A stretch of DNA of 37,511 bases from Elsinoe ampelina. Its lineage: Eukaryota. The position numbers and the translations under genes are program-made. Under the pieces are notes generated by a model that was given only the letters and a program-made list of their open reading frames with translations, made no database searches and was not told the origin of the DNA. Below, one piece after another: positions 35,136 to 37,511 of this stretch. The number at the start of each line of letters is the position of its first letter. The stretch's first letter is position 1. The DNA is taken from positions 242,984 to 280,494 of the forward strand of contig ML992503.1 in assembly GCA_010093995.1 (NCBI GenBank). Reading direction: 5' to 3'.

Positions 35136-35599
35136 TGTTATAAACTAGTAGGACAAGCTAGAGCGTAGGGACGTTAGGACTAATTAAACTACTAAGGTTA
35201 TTACGTAACCTAGCCCGACGTTTACCTAGTTCTCTATCTTCTCTAGTAGCTCTACCCTAGAGACTATAGAGTATATAGGTTACTAGCGGACGTATACTCT
35301 ATCTTCTCTAGTAGCTCTACTATAGAGCACGTAGAGTATATAAAGTACATAGTAAAGAATATATATATATAGAAACAGTCCTTACCTTATATAAGTACTA
35401 TAGTTAACCTCGTCTAGATAGTAAACACTAGTATTGCTAAGGCTAGCCTTTGTAATACTATCTAATTGTACTTTATTATCTATAAGACATACCTTCTCCG
35501 ACTCTTACCTTAGTACTATACTACTATAGAAGTAGAACTACCTCGTTCTTAGCTTAGCTTAGACTACTAACGTAGGCTATGTTTAGACAGTTCGTAACA
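35136..35599 (+). repeat. 3' LTR of Gypsy D
   Basis: Direct repeat of 22394-22857. Confidence 0.96.
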
Positions 35600-36388
35600 A
35601 GTTAGTAGAGTTAGTAAATCTAGATTAATAAGGTATTTATTAGTAAATACTAGTTTAGTTTTTAAGATAGAGAGTAAGAAGTCTCTTTATAGCCTTAAGC
35701 CTTAAGCTTCTAGTAGATTATAGTTCCTAGCCTTGTCTATAACCTCTTTCTATTACTAAAGCTAATAGTCTATATTCTATAAGGAAGAACTAGATAGCTA
35801 CTTCCTCTAAAGTACTTTAACCTTAAGCTAAATAGCTATATTAGATAGAGTAAATCTGTTCTTTAATGCCCTAAAGATAGCCTAGAGATAAGGATCCCCT
35901 TCTAGTTAGATAATAGTAAGAACTTATAATATAATTAATAACTAAATAAGGCTTATAAGATCTGCTAAGGCCTTAAGCTATTTATTATACTATACTTATT
36001 CCTTCTTATATATCTAGAAGAGTGCTAAGAAGTTAGTATTTACTACCTCTAGCCTTTAAAGCTTAGAGAGCCCTTCTAGTTTAATAGTCTTCTAGGGATT
36101 AATAAGGTTCTATATCTTAGTATTTAATACTCTTATCTTAATAATATATAGCTAGCTAGCCTATTTAGCTAATGTAGCAAGAATAATAAGTGTTTTAGCT
36201 ATTAAAGTATTAGTATCTATAGTTGTTTATCCCTTTATTAATACCTAAATCCTATAGTTATAGTTAAGGTAGTTCTTAATAGATTCTAATACTTAAAAAG
36301 CGAGATAGTAGAGAATTAACTAATAAATAGAGTAGGAAAGTAACTAAGTAATATACTTATATAGGGGTAGTTATACTAGGCTTATAAC

Positions 36389-36647
36389 TATTAACTTATA
36401 TAGGGGAGGAAAAAGAATTAATTACTACCTAAACTACTAAAATAAGGTAGATTATAACTATATAAATACTTAACCTAGTATACTAAAAGATAGCTAAATC
36501 AAAAGAACTCCTTAATAGTAGTAGATTAAGACAATAATTATCTAATTTGATTATAGATTAGTAAAATAGTAAGATAGTGTTTAGTTTAACCTTAGGATGC
36601 ACTAACTTAGGGTCTTCTTAGCGCTCTAGCTTATGCCTCGGTTAATA
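36389..36647 (-). repeat. Probable 5' LTR of Copia C (259 bp)
   Basis: 7-bp inverted ends and an adjacent PBS; no second LTR in the window to confirm. Confidence 0.7.
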
Positions 36648-36804
36648 GGGGAAGCTATATAGGGCAGATTTAAGCTTATTAAGACGACACGTTTAGCTAC
36701 GTTTTATCTAAATGTATAGAGAAACCTATATAAGGGAAAAAGAGGCATAATTTAACGACTATTTCCGGCGATACTAAAACTAGATCTAGTAGCATAGCTT
36801 TAGT

Positions 36805-37511
36805 TGTTGTAATAGAAGGCTAGTATAGCTTCTCTAGTACTAAAGAACTAGCACTAATAAGTTAGCGTACGTATAGTAGATAAATTAGTTATTATAACTC
36901 TCTAAATAAAACATATATCTCTCGATTCGATTTGCTAGTTATAATAGGTTATAAGCCCGGCGCTTCTATAAAAGCACTTAAAGCTATAGCAAATTAAGCG
37001 TGTCATTATTAAAAGGATTACTAAGCTACCTACACTAAATTCTAAACTAGCTATATTAAGACAAACACCTATAGTAGCCTGTATTAACTCTTTAATTAAA
37101 CGGCTTAAACGGCTTAAAATAAGCTAATTACATTAATCAAATTAACAGGCCTTTAACTAATTACTATTATTATGTCTAGATTAGTAAAAATGCTCGAGAC
37201 TTAGATTCTTAAGAGAGAGAGCAACTATAATGCTTAGAGATTAACCCTTAAGGTAGCTCTTCTTAAAAAGAATATACTTAGATATGCAATTTATAACATC
37301 GACTAGATGCTAGTAGTTATAAAGCCTAAAGAACTAGCCCTAGATGCTAGTAAAGGCACTAAGGTAGTCTATAAGGTTAGGAATAAGACCTAGTACAAGA
37401 ATAACAGAATTACTTATAGTGTTATTATAATAAGGATTTATAAATCTATTAGACCTTACTATAGTATAACTTAGAAGACTTTAAAGGAACTTCTAGACAC
37501 TATTAAAGCTA
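36805..37511 (+). mobile_element. Ty1/Copia family E, 5' end (LTR ~36805-36946, PBS 36947-36960, gag start ~37170-37215); runs off the right edge
   Basis: TGTTGTAA...TTATAATA ends, PBS GGTTATAAGCCCGG, and a gag-like N-terminus IL.GESNY.AWR.TL..AL. Confidence 0.78.

Larger units (their letters stand above)
22394..35599 (+). mobile_element. Ty3/Gypsy chromovirus family D, full length (~7.0 kb without the nested element)
   Basis: 464-bp LTRs at 22394-22857 and 35136-35599, ending TG...CA with 12-bp terminal inverted repeats (CAGTTCGTGACA). TSD AGTTA at 22389-22393 and 35600-35604; PPT at 35121-35135. Confidence 0.97.
21936..36647 (-). mobile_element. Ty1/Copia family C, 5' part only (LTR, PBS, gag, start of protease), split by Gypsy D and truncated at the hAT end
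   Basis: LTR 36389-36647 with ends TATTAAC...GTTAATA (RIP form of TGTTGAC...GTCAACA); PBS GTTATAAGCC at 36379-36388 (-). A gag-like frame runs 36220-35600 and continues from 22388 downward. Protease WILDSGATDHICN at ~21936-21975. Confidence 0.82.

Noticed and set aside
1..37511. Alternative genetic code, organellar or AT-rich prokaryotic DNA explaining the in-frame TAA/TAG; also naming the species or TE families
   Set aside because: Stops fall at Trp/Gln/Arg positions and differ between copies by transitions, as expected from RIP. Species and family names cannot be supported without a database search.

Overview
AT-rich fungal (filamentous ascomycete) repeat block made almost entirely of nested transposons inactivated by repeat-induced point mutation (RIP: C>T/G>A, strong TpA excess, stop codons in every gene). 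No intact gene is present, and both ORFs in the supplied track are antisense artefacts over reverse transcriptases. Contents: two head-to-head copies of Copia family A (1-3034 -, 3918-9286 +); a ~5.7 kb hAT DNA transposon (9803-21935, interrupted by Gypsy B 10191-16579, which itself holds an inverted solo LTR); a truncated Copia C (21936-36647 -) interrupted by Gypsy D (22394-35599), which is interrupted by a second Gypsy B (27209-33386); and the start of Copia E (36805-end). Main result: besides its transposase, the hAT carries a spliced histone H3-like gene lacking K9 and a divergently transcribed 4-exon gene with a long acidic tail. A direct-repeat motif ATTAYAG-N6-ATTAYAG sits in five of its six predicted introns and in its spacers. 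A second, diverged copy of the H3-like cassette lies at 3275-9802. I hypothesise a transposon-encoded chromatin/anti-silencing module. Gypsy D also carries an antisense ORF with Zn2Cys6-type spacing plus a coiled coil. All protein readings are manual de-RIP reconstructions; no searches were run.
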